Positions 41,342-49,380 of a stretch of 64,000 nt of DNA are shown piece after piece (position 1 is the stretch's first letter; each line of letters opens with the position of its first letter). The notes under the pieces are model-generated. The model was given only the letters and a program-made list of their open reading frames with translations. It searched no databases and was not told the DNA's origin. Both the position numbers and the translations under genes were made by a program. This DNA comes from Spirochaetia bacterium (GTDB taxonomy: Bacteria; Spirochaetota; Spirochaetia; CAKZLE01). The stretch spans positions 512,001-576,000 of the forward strand of contig OY782041.1 of NCBI GenBank assembly GCA_963677595.1, written 5' to 3'.

Positions 41342-42349
41342 TTAGTAATTCGGCAACGCCCGTTTATTCATCTTCACATGCACATACATGTCCTGCGTCA
41401 TGGCAGTGCTATAATGTCCGAGATATTCTGATACTGCTTTGATTGGCTGCCCATCCTCAATCATGAGGGTAGCGAAGCTGTGCCGTAAGCGGTGTGCTGA
41501 TACCGGTCTCCCGATAATCATCTTTCCATATCGATGCAACTCCCGAGATATGTAATTCCTGGAGAATTTCCCTCCTCCGCGATTACAGAACAAGGCTCCC
41601 CGCTGAAATATCCCACCTGGATGGAATTCCTTCATAATCTTTCTGAAGAGATCCTGGTCTATGTAGATAATCCGCTCTTTCTGGCCCTTCCCCATGACGG
41701 TGATCTCATATTCATCCTGGACCGTGAGCTCATAATTACCCCACGTGATATTCACCATTTCAGAGACACGGCATCCGGTATTAATCAAGAATCGGGCAAA
41801 CAGGTGAATCCGCGGGTTGATATGGGAAAGATGATCCATGAATTCATTCAACTCATCCCGTGACAAGATCCGCTGGTACGATACCGCATTGGTCTGTTTC
41901 TTCTGGGACTTGATTGATCGGAACAGCTGATCAATTTTGTATTGCTCGATCACCGTCCAATGATCAGGATTTTGTTTTGAAATCTCAGTCACGATCTTTT
42001 TCACCTGGGCTTTCCGCACATTCACCGTATTGGCTGAGTATCGCTTACTGCTTCGCGCCTCCTCGATGTAGGCGACCAGTGATGGAAGGTCAAAATCATA
42101 ATCACTGAATTCGAGCCAGTAGATCAGCTGTTTATTCTTCTCTACATAGGAGCCAAACCGGACATCATCCAGAAGAAAGTCTACCTGCTTCTCGGTAAGG
42201 TATTTCTTGGTATCCACAGTAACAGCGAGTGAAGAAACAAAGCAGGCAGTATGGTTTCTGAAGGGGAATCCTTTCAGGTTGGTATACCGGGCATGCTTCT
42301 TACATTCAGTGTTTTCGGTATCAAAAAATACGCACGTTTTACACGCCAT
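41342..42349 (-). CDS. Second tyrosine recombinase (XerC/D-like)
   Basis: TGCRVSE, KGQKER, HRLRHSFAT, LGH and MY. Confidence 0.9.
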   Translation of the reverse strand: MACKTCVFFDTENTECKKHARYTNLKGFPFRNHTACFVSSLAVTVDTKKYLTEKQVDFLLDDVRFGSYVEKNKQLIYWLEFSDYDFDLPSLVAYIEEARSSKRYSANTVNVRKAQVKKIVTEISKQNPDHWTVIEQYKIDQLFRSIKSQKKQTNAVSYQRILSRDELNEFMDHLSHINPRIHLFARFLINTGCRVSEMVNITWGNYELTVQDEYEITVMGKGQKERIIYIDQDLFRKIMKEFHPGGIFQRGALFCNRGGGKFSRNYISRELHRYGKMIIGRPVSAHRLRHSFATLMIEDGQPIKAVSEYLGHYSTAMTQDMYVHVKMNKRALPNY

Positions 42350-42495
42350 AATCTCTCTCTTTTCTCCCCTCAAAATTTGTTTTGGTAGCGAATTTTCATA
42401 AAAGTAAAATGTAAAAATATTTCTTTACTTTATCGGTAATTATAAGCCGTCAAGTACGACTTTGTTAACGGAATGCTAATTCTGTATACTTTCTT

Positions 42496-43608
42496 CTAAC
42501 TAGCTTGTTCATCACCGCGCTTGGGCACCTCGACATCATCGGTATTCGTCACCCAAACCCCGTCTTGCAGCTCCATAAACGTCCGGCATTTCCGGCACAT
42601 CCGCACCCCGGTAACACTGCCGAGCTCAGTACTCCCGCAGGTCGGACACACGGTAGGAGCCTCTGGAATCCGGTTCTTCTCTTCAGGACGTTTGACCATC
42701 GCCAAGGCTTCAATCTGGGAGGAGAATACCTTGTACCGGTACCCGGCCTTCTCTGCGAACCAGGCTATGTTCTGGACCTTGTCAGTAAAGAATATCTCGA
42801 GCATGAAGAGTACTTTCTCCATTCCGAAGCGGGAGAGATGCTGTGAAATCAGGTCGATCTCTTCAGTGGTCAAGAGAGCTGGATCATACCCAAAGCGATC
42901 ATGGTATGCTGTGCAAAATGCCTTGGTGATTTCCTGAACTGGATCTGAGAGAGAATGATCCTCTTGGTTTCTCTTTCTCTCTTTAAGCATTTTATTTCTT
43001 TCTTTAAGCATTTGTTGCCCATCACCGTACGTACGGCTAGCCGCTGGGCGGTCAGCTATACCACCGGTCTGTTTTTCATTCTGAGCCGGTGGTATGGATT
43101 CCGACCCTCCGGGTGTATGTGTAGTTCCAGCCGGAGGGTTGTTTTCTGTACCTTCGGCCGGGATTCCTTTTTTTACCGGTGGTATGGATTCTGTACTACC
43201 GGTCATAAATCCGAATAATGCCAGTTGGCCAGCTTTCTCAGGATCGTAGGTTTCCTCAATCTGTGGCTCCCATCGGAAAAAGTTAACCTGGATAAACACA
43301 TCATGCAGCTTGCCGGAAGAGTCCCGCCGTTGGACGTAGGAGATCAGCCCCTTCGTCTTCAGGAACGCCTTAGCCCGTTTAATCTTCACCTGTCCCCATC
43401 CAAGCCCTTTACTCAAGTACGTGTTATTTGCATGAATGACATTCGTCTCCTGTAGCCTGGCGGTGAAGAGTAGATGGTCATAGAGTTGTTTGGCCTCCAA
43501 TCCTTCTTGCCGGTTTGCCAGGAACATCTTATAGAGCCCGACCGAACAAAAAATGAGATCATAATCCTTATCGATGTGTACATTCACAATATTCTGATCA
43601 TCCATCAA
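42496..43608 (-). CDS. Phage replication initiator with internal iterons and a C-terminal zinc ribbon
   Basis: Winged-helix-like N-terminus, low-complexity linker encoded by repeats, CPTC and CRKC. Confidence 0.7.
   Translation of the reverse strand: MMDDQNIVNVHIDKDYDLIFCSVGLYKMFLANRQEGLEAKQLYDHLLFTARLQETNVIHANNTYLSKGLGWGQVKIKRAKAFLKTKGLISYVQRRDSSGKLHDVFIQVNFFRWEPQIEETYDPEKAGQLALFGFMTGSTESIPPVKKGIPAEGTENNPPAGTTHTPGGSESIPPAQNEKQTGGIADRPAASRTYGDGQQMLKERNKMLKERKRNQEDHSLSDPVQEITKAFCTAYHDRFGYDPALLTTEEIDLISQHLSRFGMEKVLFMLEIFFTDKVQNIAWFAEKAGYRYKVFSSQIEALAMVKRPEEKNRIPEAPTVCPTCGSTELGSVTGVRMCRKCRTFMELQDGVWVTNTDDVEVPKRGDEQAS
43041..43202. repeat. Four iteron-like repeats with a 45-bp period (probable phage origin)
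   Basis: CCG..GG...CGG units start at 43041, 43086, 43131 and 43176. Confidence 0.7.
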
Positions 43609-44309
43609 CTTGCCTCCTGTGATATTATGTGATGTTCAATGAGTTTTCGTCTGATATAGTCAACTCCTCGTTGGTATACGAGGGTTTTAAGTGAAATACT
43701 GACTTCTCCATTTGCCTTATTGAACCGCTGCTCAATAACCCGGAAGTATCCCCGATCCACAAAGGTTTGATACGGGATATTATTCTGCTGCAGTACTTGA
43801 ATCTCACGAAGGAAGGTAAAGAGCTTATTTCGCCCGATCCCAGGGATACCCAGAGTCTTGGCAACAGACGCCATTTCGATCGCCGTCTTAGAGCCTGCAA
43901 CCTGATCATAGAAATCGGCCTTCGGCTTGAGTTCGAGGAGTTGTTGCTGCTGTTGATCGATCTTTACCTGAGCGACCTGCAGGGCCCTGGCTATGACTAG
44001 ATCAGGGGAGTTCCAGGCTTTCTCAACTTTGATAAAGTATTCCCTGACCTCTTTCCCCTTCTCTGACCGGGACAACATACAGATGTGTTTCGCGATATCG
44101 AGATTGAGGAGGAAGTCTTCAAATGGCCTACCGCCGGTACTTTGTAAGGGTAACCTGACAAAGTCTATTCCTTCAATCAGATCCTCGAGGTGGGGACCAA
44201 TCCATGAAGCATACCGCATCCTGATTTCCAGGGCGGTATAGAGATCATGCGCAGATACGGAATCTGTACCGATCTCCTGCTGATAGGTAATCGGAACCAA
44301 TTCGTTCAT
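43605..44309 (-). CDS. Antirepressor (AntA/AntB + KilAC)
   Basis: VSAHDL, TGGRP, AKHICM, AWNSP, KPKADFYD and IGRNKLF..LR. Confidence 0.9.
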   Translation of the reverse strand: MNELVPITYQQEIGTDSVSAHDLYTALEIRMRYASWIGPHLEDLIEGIDFVRLPLQSTGGRPFEDFLLNLDIAKHICMLSRSEKGKEVREYFIKVEKAWNSPDLVIARALQVAQVKIDQQQQQLLELKPKADFYDQVAGSKTAIEMASVAKTLGIPGIGRNKLFTFLREIQVLQQNNIPYQTFVDRGYFRVIEQRFNKANGEVSISLKTLVYQRGVDYIRRKLIEHHIISQEAS

Positions 44310-44599
44310 AAGGTGACTCCCCGTGCATCGGGGAGCTCATCCTCCTCATCGAACCTATCCGAACTCCGATAATCATCCAACCGGGCAAACACGAGCTGGG
44401 TCTTCTGGCACAGCTGCAGTTGGATGGTACTTGATGAGATTTCAAGCGGTTCTTGAAAGTGTGGGCACCAATCGCCACACTCGATGCCGCTTGTCGACAT
44501 TAGCGGACATTCCTGTTGGATATATGCACCTTTTCGACAAATAAGCAGTAATCCATCTGATGTAATCATTCCGGTAATCATGGTTTTCCCCCTATACAA
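44306..44599 (-). CDS. Cys-rich phage protein
   Basis: QECP..CGDWCPHF..LQLC; coupled to neighbours. Confidence 0.55.
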   Translation of the reverse strand: MYRGKTMITGMITSDGLLLICRKGAYIQQECPLMSTSGIECGDWCPHFQEPLEISSSTIQLQLCQKTQLVFARLDDYRSSDRFDEEDELPDARGVTL

Positions 44600-44607
44600 T
44601 GAAGCTG

Positions 44608-44799
44608 CTACAGAATCTGTGGCAGCTTGTTTCCTGATGAGATGATAGATTGTTCCAATAACGTGATATACTTCCCTACGAGATGATATGAGAGCGGTGT
44701 GAGATCTGATCTGGGATCATGGGCTTTCGCAGATATTCCCGCTGATAGGATCGATCGTATCTTTAGATTGGTGATCTGGTAGTCAAATACTCTACTCAT
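44608..44799 (-). CDS. Hypothetical phage protein
   Basis: ORF overlapping the upstream stop codon. Confidence 0.45.
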   Translation of the reverse strand: MSRVFDYQITNLKIRSILSAGISAKAHDPRSDLTPLSYHLVGKYITLLEQSIISSGNKLPQIL

Positions 44800-45473
44800 G
44801 CTTCTACCTGGATACTCAACTGCACTTGCTCACCCGCAACGAGACCTCGATAGAACGCACGAGAACCGCGTGGAGCCTTTACCGATACCATTTCTTCACC
44901 TCCTAGCTGGTCAAGATACTCATGCAGCGCCTTATCCTCAGTTACGACCACTGCCCGAGTCTCGGGATCGATTTCTTCCTGGTGGTACATCTGGGAGAGG
45001 TTATAGGCGATGGTGTAGGCCATACCAAGCCGGAACTCACGTCTGTACTGCTGCTTGGCCTGTCTGGGTATCTGTTGCTTTGCTATCCGATCGATTGCAC
45101 CGATCAGATACACGGCCATCCATGTGGCAGTTGCGATGTGGGCTTTTTTCCCAACAAATCGCACGCGGAAAAAATCTTTACGATAATACCCGCCAGAATA
45201 TCTTGAATACACCGCTCTACAGAAATTGGTCCTGGCGGTCACATCATAGATAGTTCGCCGCCAATCCTTTAGTCTGTGTCCGGATGTAATCTCAGATTCC
45301 TCAATCTGCTCCTGTTCAATCTCAAGGTCTTGTATTGAGACCTTGTATTTCATCATGAGCTTATGAGCCATGATTGCAGCGGCTTCCGCTTCGGCCTGAA
45401 CAGGAGAACCTTTCAGAGCTAAGAGCTTTTGAATCTTCTGCAGTACACGATCGAGCTGATCTCGCTCCTCCAT
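44796..45473 (-). CDS. DUF2786-domain phage protein
   Basis: KIQKLLAL..SP..AEAEAA...A.KLM.KY. Confidence 0.8.
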   Translation of the reverse strand: MEERDQLDRVLQKIQKLLALKGSPVQAEAEAAAIMAHKLMMKYKVSIQDLEIEQEQIEESEITSGHRLKDWRRTIYDVTARTNFCRAVYSRYSGGYYRKDFFRVRFVGKKAHIATATWMAVYLIGAIDRIAKQQIPRQAKQQYRREFRLGMAYTIAYNLSQMYHQEEIDPETRAVVVTEDKALHEYLDQLGGEEMVSVKAPRGSRAFYRGLVAGEQVQLSIQVEA

Positions 45474-45474
45474 G

Positions 45475-45594
45475 TTACCCTCTCCCCTGCCCCGAGAGAT
45501 CAACTCCCATATCGGTGAGGTCTTTGGTGCTGTACCGGATACTGATACATATCAATCCTAGAGAAACGATACCTATACAGATACATGCAATCAT
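45475..45594 (-). CDS. Small single-TM peptide
   Basis: AAGGAG RBS; MIACICIGIVSLGLICISIR. Confidence 0.45.
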   Translation of the reverse strand: MIACICIGIVSLGLICISIRYSTKDLTDMGVDLSGQGRG

Positions 45595-45615
45595 CAATGT
45601 CTCCTTATGAAAATT

Positions 45616-45672
45616 GCCGGTCTTTCCCGGCTGCCTAGCAGTTGGCGCTACTTCTCGTCTTTCCGAGCCGTC
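45616..45672 (-). repeat. Two covarying hairpins with a GAAAGA loop
   Basis: GACGG-CTCG-GAAAGA-CGAG and GGCA-GCCGG-GAAAGA-CCGGC. Confidence 0.65.
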
Positions 45673-45704
45673 AAAAACATAAGCATGCTGCTTCTTGCAG
45701 CGGA

Positions 45705-45775
45705 TAGCACCGGCAGGATTCGAACCTGCGATAAGTAGGTGTGACAAATCCTCCTAATCAAACCGATTCAGTGCT
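45705..45775 (-). ncRNA. tRNA-like element 3 (acceptor and T-arm intact, D/anticodon arms degenerate)
   Basis: AGCACTG/CGGTGCT-A acceptor; GCAGG-TTCGAAT-CCTGC T-arm. Confidence 0.7.
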
Positions 45776-45909
45776 GTATGCCGGGTTCCCCCGGCATCAA
45801 AATTGGAAATTACTATGAAACGTATGTCTACCAATCATCGAAAGAAAACTGATATACATTGCACCTGTACGCCGGTGCCTGCTTTATTTCCAGCTCATAC
45901 GGGCAAGGA

Positions 45910-46134
45910 TTACTCATTAGGTCCTGGGGCGATATCAATGAAGAACCTCTGGCCTTCCTTGAAACAGGAGTCTGTATCGTTGGTTTTCACGAAAAAGCTT
46001 GAGGCAGCAAGCAGAGTAAAGGGTGATGAACTTTCATCATCCTGAGAAGATTCTTGACCAAGCACAACCACATCTACTGCCTTCAGGCCATTCCCATAAT
46101 CTGATACCTTATGACTGATACACTCGAACCTCAT
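45910..46134 (-). CDS. Small hypothetical phage protein
   Basis: GAGGAG RBS; MRFECISHKV...F.EGQRFFIDI. Confidence 0.55.
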   Translation of the reverse strand: MRFECISHKVSDYGNGLKAVDVVVLGQESSQDDESSSPFTLLAASSFFVKTNDTDSCFKEGQRFFIDIAPGPNE

Positions 46135-46173
46135 TGACAGCTTCTCCTCTCTGAACAATCACTACAGATATAT

Positions 46174-46285
46174 TGGGGGATGGTGGACTTGAACCACCGA
46201 CCCTGCGGGAACCAGGGCTTATCCTATATTGCCTGGCTATATATCGCCTGGGTCCCGATGCTCTGACCATCTGAGCTAATCCCCC
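46174..46285 (-). ncRNA. tRNA-like element 2 (anticodon loop replaced by a long hairpin)
   Basis: GGGGGAT/ATCCCCC-A acceptor, TA-GCTC-AGATGGTCA-GAGC D-arm, GGTGG-TTCAAGT-CCACC T-arm; 112 nt in total. Confidence 0.8.
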
Positions 46286-46463
46286 AGGTACCGGCAACGC
46301 CGGTCCTATGAAAAGTATGGGAACATTTCAGGTTGTTCCCGGACCTCCCAACATGTACTCATCACACTCTGCAGGTGGCAGATTCGAGGGGCCGATGATT
46401 CCCCTCCGGTCGGTCAGGCATTGGCATTCTACCTGGTCTCGTATAGCTACAAACATCGGGTTA

Positions 46464-46517
46464 TGGATTGGACGGGACTTGAACCCGCAGCCGCTACTGG
46501 CTCCTATATTCCAACCC
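46464..46517 (-). ncRNA. tRNA-like element 1 (54-nt mini-tRNA with G3-U70 and A73)
   Basis: GGGTTGG/CCAATCC-A acceptor, AGCC-AGTAGC-GGCT arm, GCGGG-TTCAAGT-CCCGT T-arm. Confidence 0.7.
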
Positions 46518-46573
46518 GTTTCTCGTCTCCCCTGGTAAGGTGTAGCCATTTCGCCTTACAGATTCACCAGACT

Positions 46574-46807
46574 CTACGATCTGATGTTTTTATAAACAGC
46601 AACAACTTCTTGTGCATCTATAAACTCGTCCAACTGTTTTTTTGTGAACATGACCCGTCCATTCAACATTTTCATGTAATCAATTTTCCTGTTCCCCATC
46701 ATTCTCCGAAGTGTTGACTCCGAAATTCGGAGATACTTTGCAGCTTCAGATACCAGTAGTAATGGAGAATTCAATTCGTTAATTGAAACCGTTGCAAGAT
46801 TCTTCAT
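46574..46807 (-). CDS. Excisionase-like HTH_17 protein
   Basis: LL.VSEAAKYLRISESTLRR....KI...K....V.F....LDEFI. Confidence 0.85.
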   Translation of the reverse strand: MKNLATVSINELNSPLLLVSEAAKYLRISESTLRRMMGNRKIDYMKMLNGRVMFTKKQLDEFIDAQEVVAVYKNIRS

Positions 46808-46902
46808 AATCCCTCCTGCCGGGTATCGTGATACCCAGAACGTTATATAAAATGCTGAAAACTGTAGGGCCGGCCACTGAGGCGCAGTGTAGCCCTGCAG
46901 CA

Positions 46903-47082
46903 TCAGCAATCTATTTCTTTTGTTTCACGGGTATACCGTTCAAGAATTGCCTGGCGAATCCACCAACCTTTTTTCTGGCCCTGAGTTTTTAGAAGTAACT
47001 CAAGGTTTTTGTTTTCTGTAGGTGTGAGGTCCGTCCGAACTGTACAAGTTTGTTTCTCTTTGATTACATCAACATCAATCAT
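46903..47082 (-). CDS. 59-aa ribbon-helix-helix-like protein in the Cro position (absent from the ORF track)
   Basis: MIDVDVIKEKQTCTVRTDLTPTENKNLELLLKTQGQKKGWWIRQAILERYTRETKEIDC; starts 6 nt after the -10 box. Confidence 0.6.
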   Translation of the reverse strand: MIDVDVIKEKQTCTVRTDLTPTENKNLELLLKTQGQKKGWWIRQAILERYTRETKEIDC

Positions 47083-47088
47083 GTTGCT

Positions 47089-47154
47089 ATAATAGTCTCA
47101 CTTCTGTGACATGTCAACCATTTTTTTCCAGTTTTGTACCTTTTGTGATACAAT
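47089..47154. promoter_or_regulatory. Lysis/lysogeny switch promoters
   Basis: Minus: TTGACA(47112-47117)-17-TATTAT(47089-47094) with palindrome TGACATGTCA. Plus: extended -10 TGaTACAAT (47146-47154). Confidence 0.7.
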
Positions 47155-47159
47155 TTGCC

Positions 47160-47540
47160 ATGGACCAAGATATTTTAGAGTTTTGGAAACGATTCGATAC
47201 TCTATGCCGAGCACAAGACCTTTCTCTTCTGGAAGTATCAAGCCTAACAGGTATAAGCTATTCAAATATCAGGAATCAAAGGACAAAACTCATACTTCCA
47301 AAGACTATTGCTACGCTAAAAATTGCCAAAGCTCTGAACACAAGTGTTGAGTATTTAATAACTGGATCGGGATCAGAGCAGATTGTGGACCCCGTCATAG
47401 ATATTGTATTAAAACGTGAACCCCTTAAAGATCTGATGATTAAAATGATCAGTTTAAACGATAAACAACTAGCAGCCATTTCCACAGTTGTCGATTCCTA
47501 TATGCCGGATCAACCGAAACATCAGAGCCAGGTCGGATAA
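47160..47540 (+). CDS. CI-like XRE repressor
   Basis: FWKR...TGISYS.I...P......KIAKALNTSVEYLITG; divergent from the early operon. Confidence 0.85.
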   Translation: MDQDILEFWKRFDTLCRAQDLSLLEVSSLTGISYSNIRNQRTKLILPKTIATLKIAKALNTSVEYLITGSGSEQIVDPVIDIVLKREPLKDLMIKMISLNDKQLAAISTVVDSYMPDQPKHQSQVG

Positions 47541-47756
47541 TCCCATTTCCCCAAGTACCTGAAAAGTACTGACGTTTGGGAGGATATCCAAGAAAAACTT
47601 ATACATGACTTATTTACTACTCTTTATCTTGTCTTTGCTACCACATCTTAAATGATGTTTTTATATCTCATGCTGTACTTATACCCTCTTATGGGTTATC
47701 ATTATTATAGATCCTGTAGGAATGGGTAATGAGTAATACTAATTTAAAGGATTTAT

Positions 47757-47955
47757 ATGCCATATTATTTTGTTAATGATGTTGCTCAGCATGATGGATA
47801 CCATGAAGTTCATGATAGTTCTTGTGGATGGATTGGTCTAAAAAAACATTACACAGACTTAGGTTGGCATGCAAACTGCCAGGAAGCAATGAATGCAGCA
47901 ATATCCTCTTGTAGATGGTTGTAAGTTTTGTTGTTTCCATTGTCATAAACGATAG
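47757..47955 (+). pseudogene. Frameshifted small Cys/His-rich protein
   Basis: MPYYFVNDVAQHDGYHEVHDSSCGW...LG...NCQEA continues in another frame as VDGCKFCCFHCHKR*. Confidence 0.5.
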
Positions 47956-47968
47956 AGAATATACAATA

Positions 47969-48385
47969 ATGAACTCATGCCTTAATTGTTATAATCTGAC
48001 ACAAAACTGGATAAGTATGGAGCCAGCAACTCATAATCAAACCCAATCTGAACCTGTTTCAGAAGAGAGAAGAGAAATTCTTAAATCCACTGTAACCCCC
48101 TTTAATAGGAATAGACCTTCCTGGATTTCATGTTCTTATAGTGTTTGGGATTATGAAAGAGTGTTAGAACCCTTACAATTACACGAAGCTATTACGAAAT
48201 CGAGAAATAACTGTCCAATGTTTACTCCTTTCTCTAAACACAAAGAAAAACTTATCATTCAGGGAAAAGTAATCAGGAATAAAACAAGAAAAGAAAATTT
48301 AAAACAAACAATAATTAGAATATGGAGACCTGTAATCACTGCAGTGCTTATTGGCTTAGTAACCACCTATATCTTGAAGAAATAA
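47969..48385 (+). CDS. Hypothetical Cys-containing protein with a C-terminal TM
   Basis: CLNC start and hydrophobic C-terminus. Confidence 0.55.
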   Translation: MNSCLNCYNLTQNWISMEPATHNQTQSEPVSEERREILKSTVTPFNRNRPSWISCSYSVWDYERVLEPLQLHEAITKSRNNCPMFTPFSKHKEKLIIQGKVIRNKTRKENLKQTIIRIWRPVITAVLIGLVTTYILKK

Positions 48386-48400
48386 TAATAGGAATATTCA

Positions 48401-49375
48401 ATGGCTGAAACGAAAAACATAAGTGAAATGGCAAATAGAATATCGGAAGAGATATTCAAAGTATTTGGATGGGAAAGAGTTGGTCAGAATGATAAAAACT
48501 GGCCATGTATCAATCCAGATCACAAGAAGAAGACTCACCCTACGGATTGTGTTTTTACATATCCTGATCCTTACTCGAATTCGCATACATACTTCAATTG
48601 TGACTTGAAAAGTTATAAGGAAACATCAATTACAACAAAATCATTTCGAGACTCATTAATAAGTTTAGCTATGGGGAGTTCCTGTGCAAAAAAAAGTAAG
48701 GAATGGCAAAACGCTTATATTACAAATGAAGTAAATTCTAATATTCATGGATTATTATTTATCTTTAACTATAATAATTTATATGATAAAGACTTATATA
48801 TTGAGTTAGAAAAAATTACCAAAACAGCTTTACCATTGAATATCAATACAAAATTATTTCTTATAACTCCAAAAGATATTAGACTTTTAAATACAATTGC
48901 TAATGATATCATGGTATCTATAGGAAAAAATGTATTACCATCATTTGAGAATATTTCCTTTTTTTATCCGGATCAAGATAGCAGGATCACAACGAAATCA
49001 AATTGGAAAAAAGCTGCTACGATAGAAATGTTGAAAAGCCAATGGATAATCTTAAAACATCGTAAAGATAGTTCAATCCCTAATTATGATGGTTTGACAA
49101 TTTACTATAAAAGCAGAGGGACGATTAGAGAAGAATTCGTATATTTAATTGACTATCTAGTGCATTGGCAGATAATTAGCAGCATCAACAATATTACAAT
49201 CAAATTAGTCAATCCAGATGAAAGTGCATTTGAGTTAGCTGAAAAAGCCAAATCTACTTACTGTTCAAGATATAGTATTTATGAAAATCATGAATCTACA
49301 ATAAAAAGTATAAAAATCAAATCAGTTCAAAATGTAATTCCTACTTTTTATGAAGCAGAAATTGGTATGGAGTAA
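48401..49375 (+). CDS. PD-(D/E)XK-like nuclease, GapS4a-like candidate defence protein
   Basis: E...IF..FGW...C...H...THP.D.VF.Y.DP...DLKSY pattern. Confidence 0.55.
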   Translation: MAETKNISEMANRISEEIFKVFGWERVGQNDKNWPCINPDHKKKTHPTDCVFTYPDPYSNSHTYFNCDLKSYKETSITTKSFRDSLISLAMGSSCAKKSKEWQNAYITNEVNSNIHGLLFIFNYNNLYDKDLYIELEKITKTALPLNINTKLFLITPKDIRLLNTIANDIMVSIGKNVLPSFENISFFYPDQDSRITTKSNWKKAATIEMLKSQWIILKHRKDSSIPNYDGLTIYYKSRGTIREEFVYLIDYLVHWQIISSINNITIKLVNPDESAFELAEKAKSTYCSRYSIYENHESTIKSIKIKSVQNVIPTFYEAEIGME

Positions 49376-49380
49376 TTAAT

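Noticed and set aside
42390-42420. dif-like site upstream of the second recombinase
   Set aside because: Only a weak match with the wrong spacer, in AT-rich DNA
45600-46460. Hammerhead or HDV-like theta ribozymes next to the tRNA-like elements
   Set aside because: GTGATGAG lacks the CUGAUGA core, the TTCTCGT motifs are on the opposite strand to the tRNA-like elements, and I could not build the pseudoknot by eye
45705-46517. Functional decoding phage tRNAs (e.g. tRNA-Asp from TGTCAC in element 3)
   Set aside because: None has a 5-bp stem with a 7-nt anticodon loop; they are reported as mimics instead
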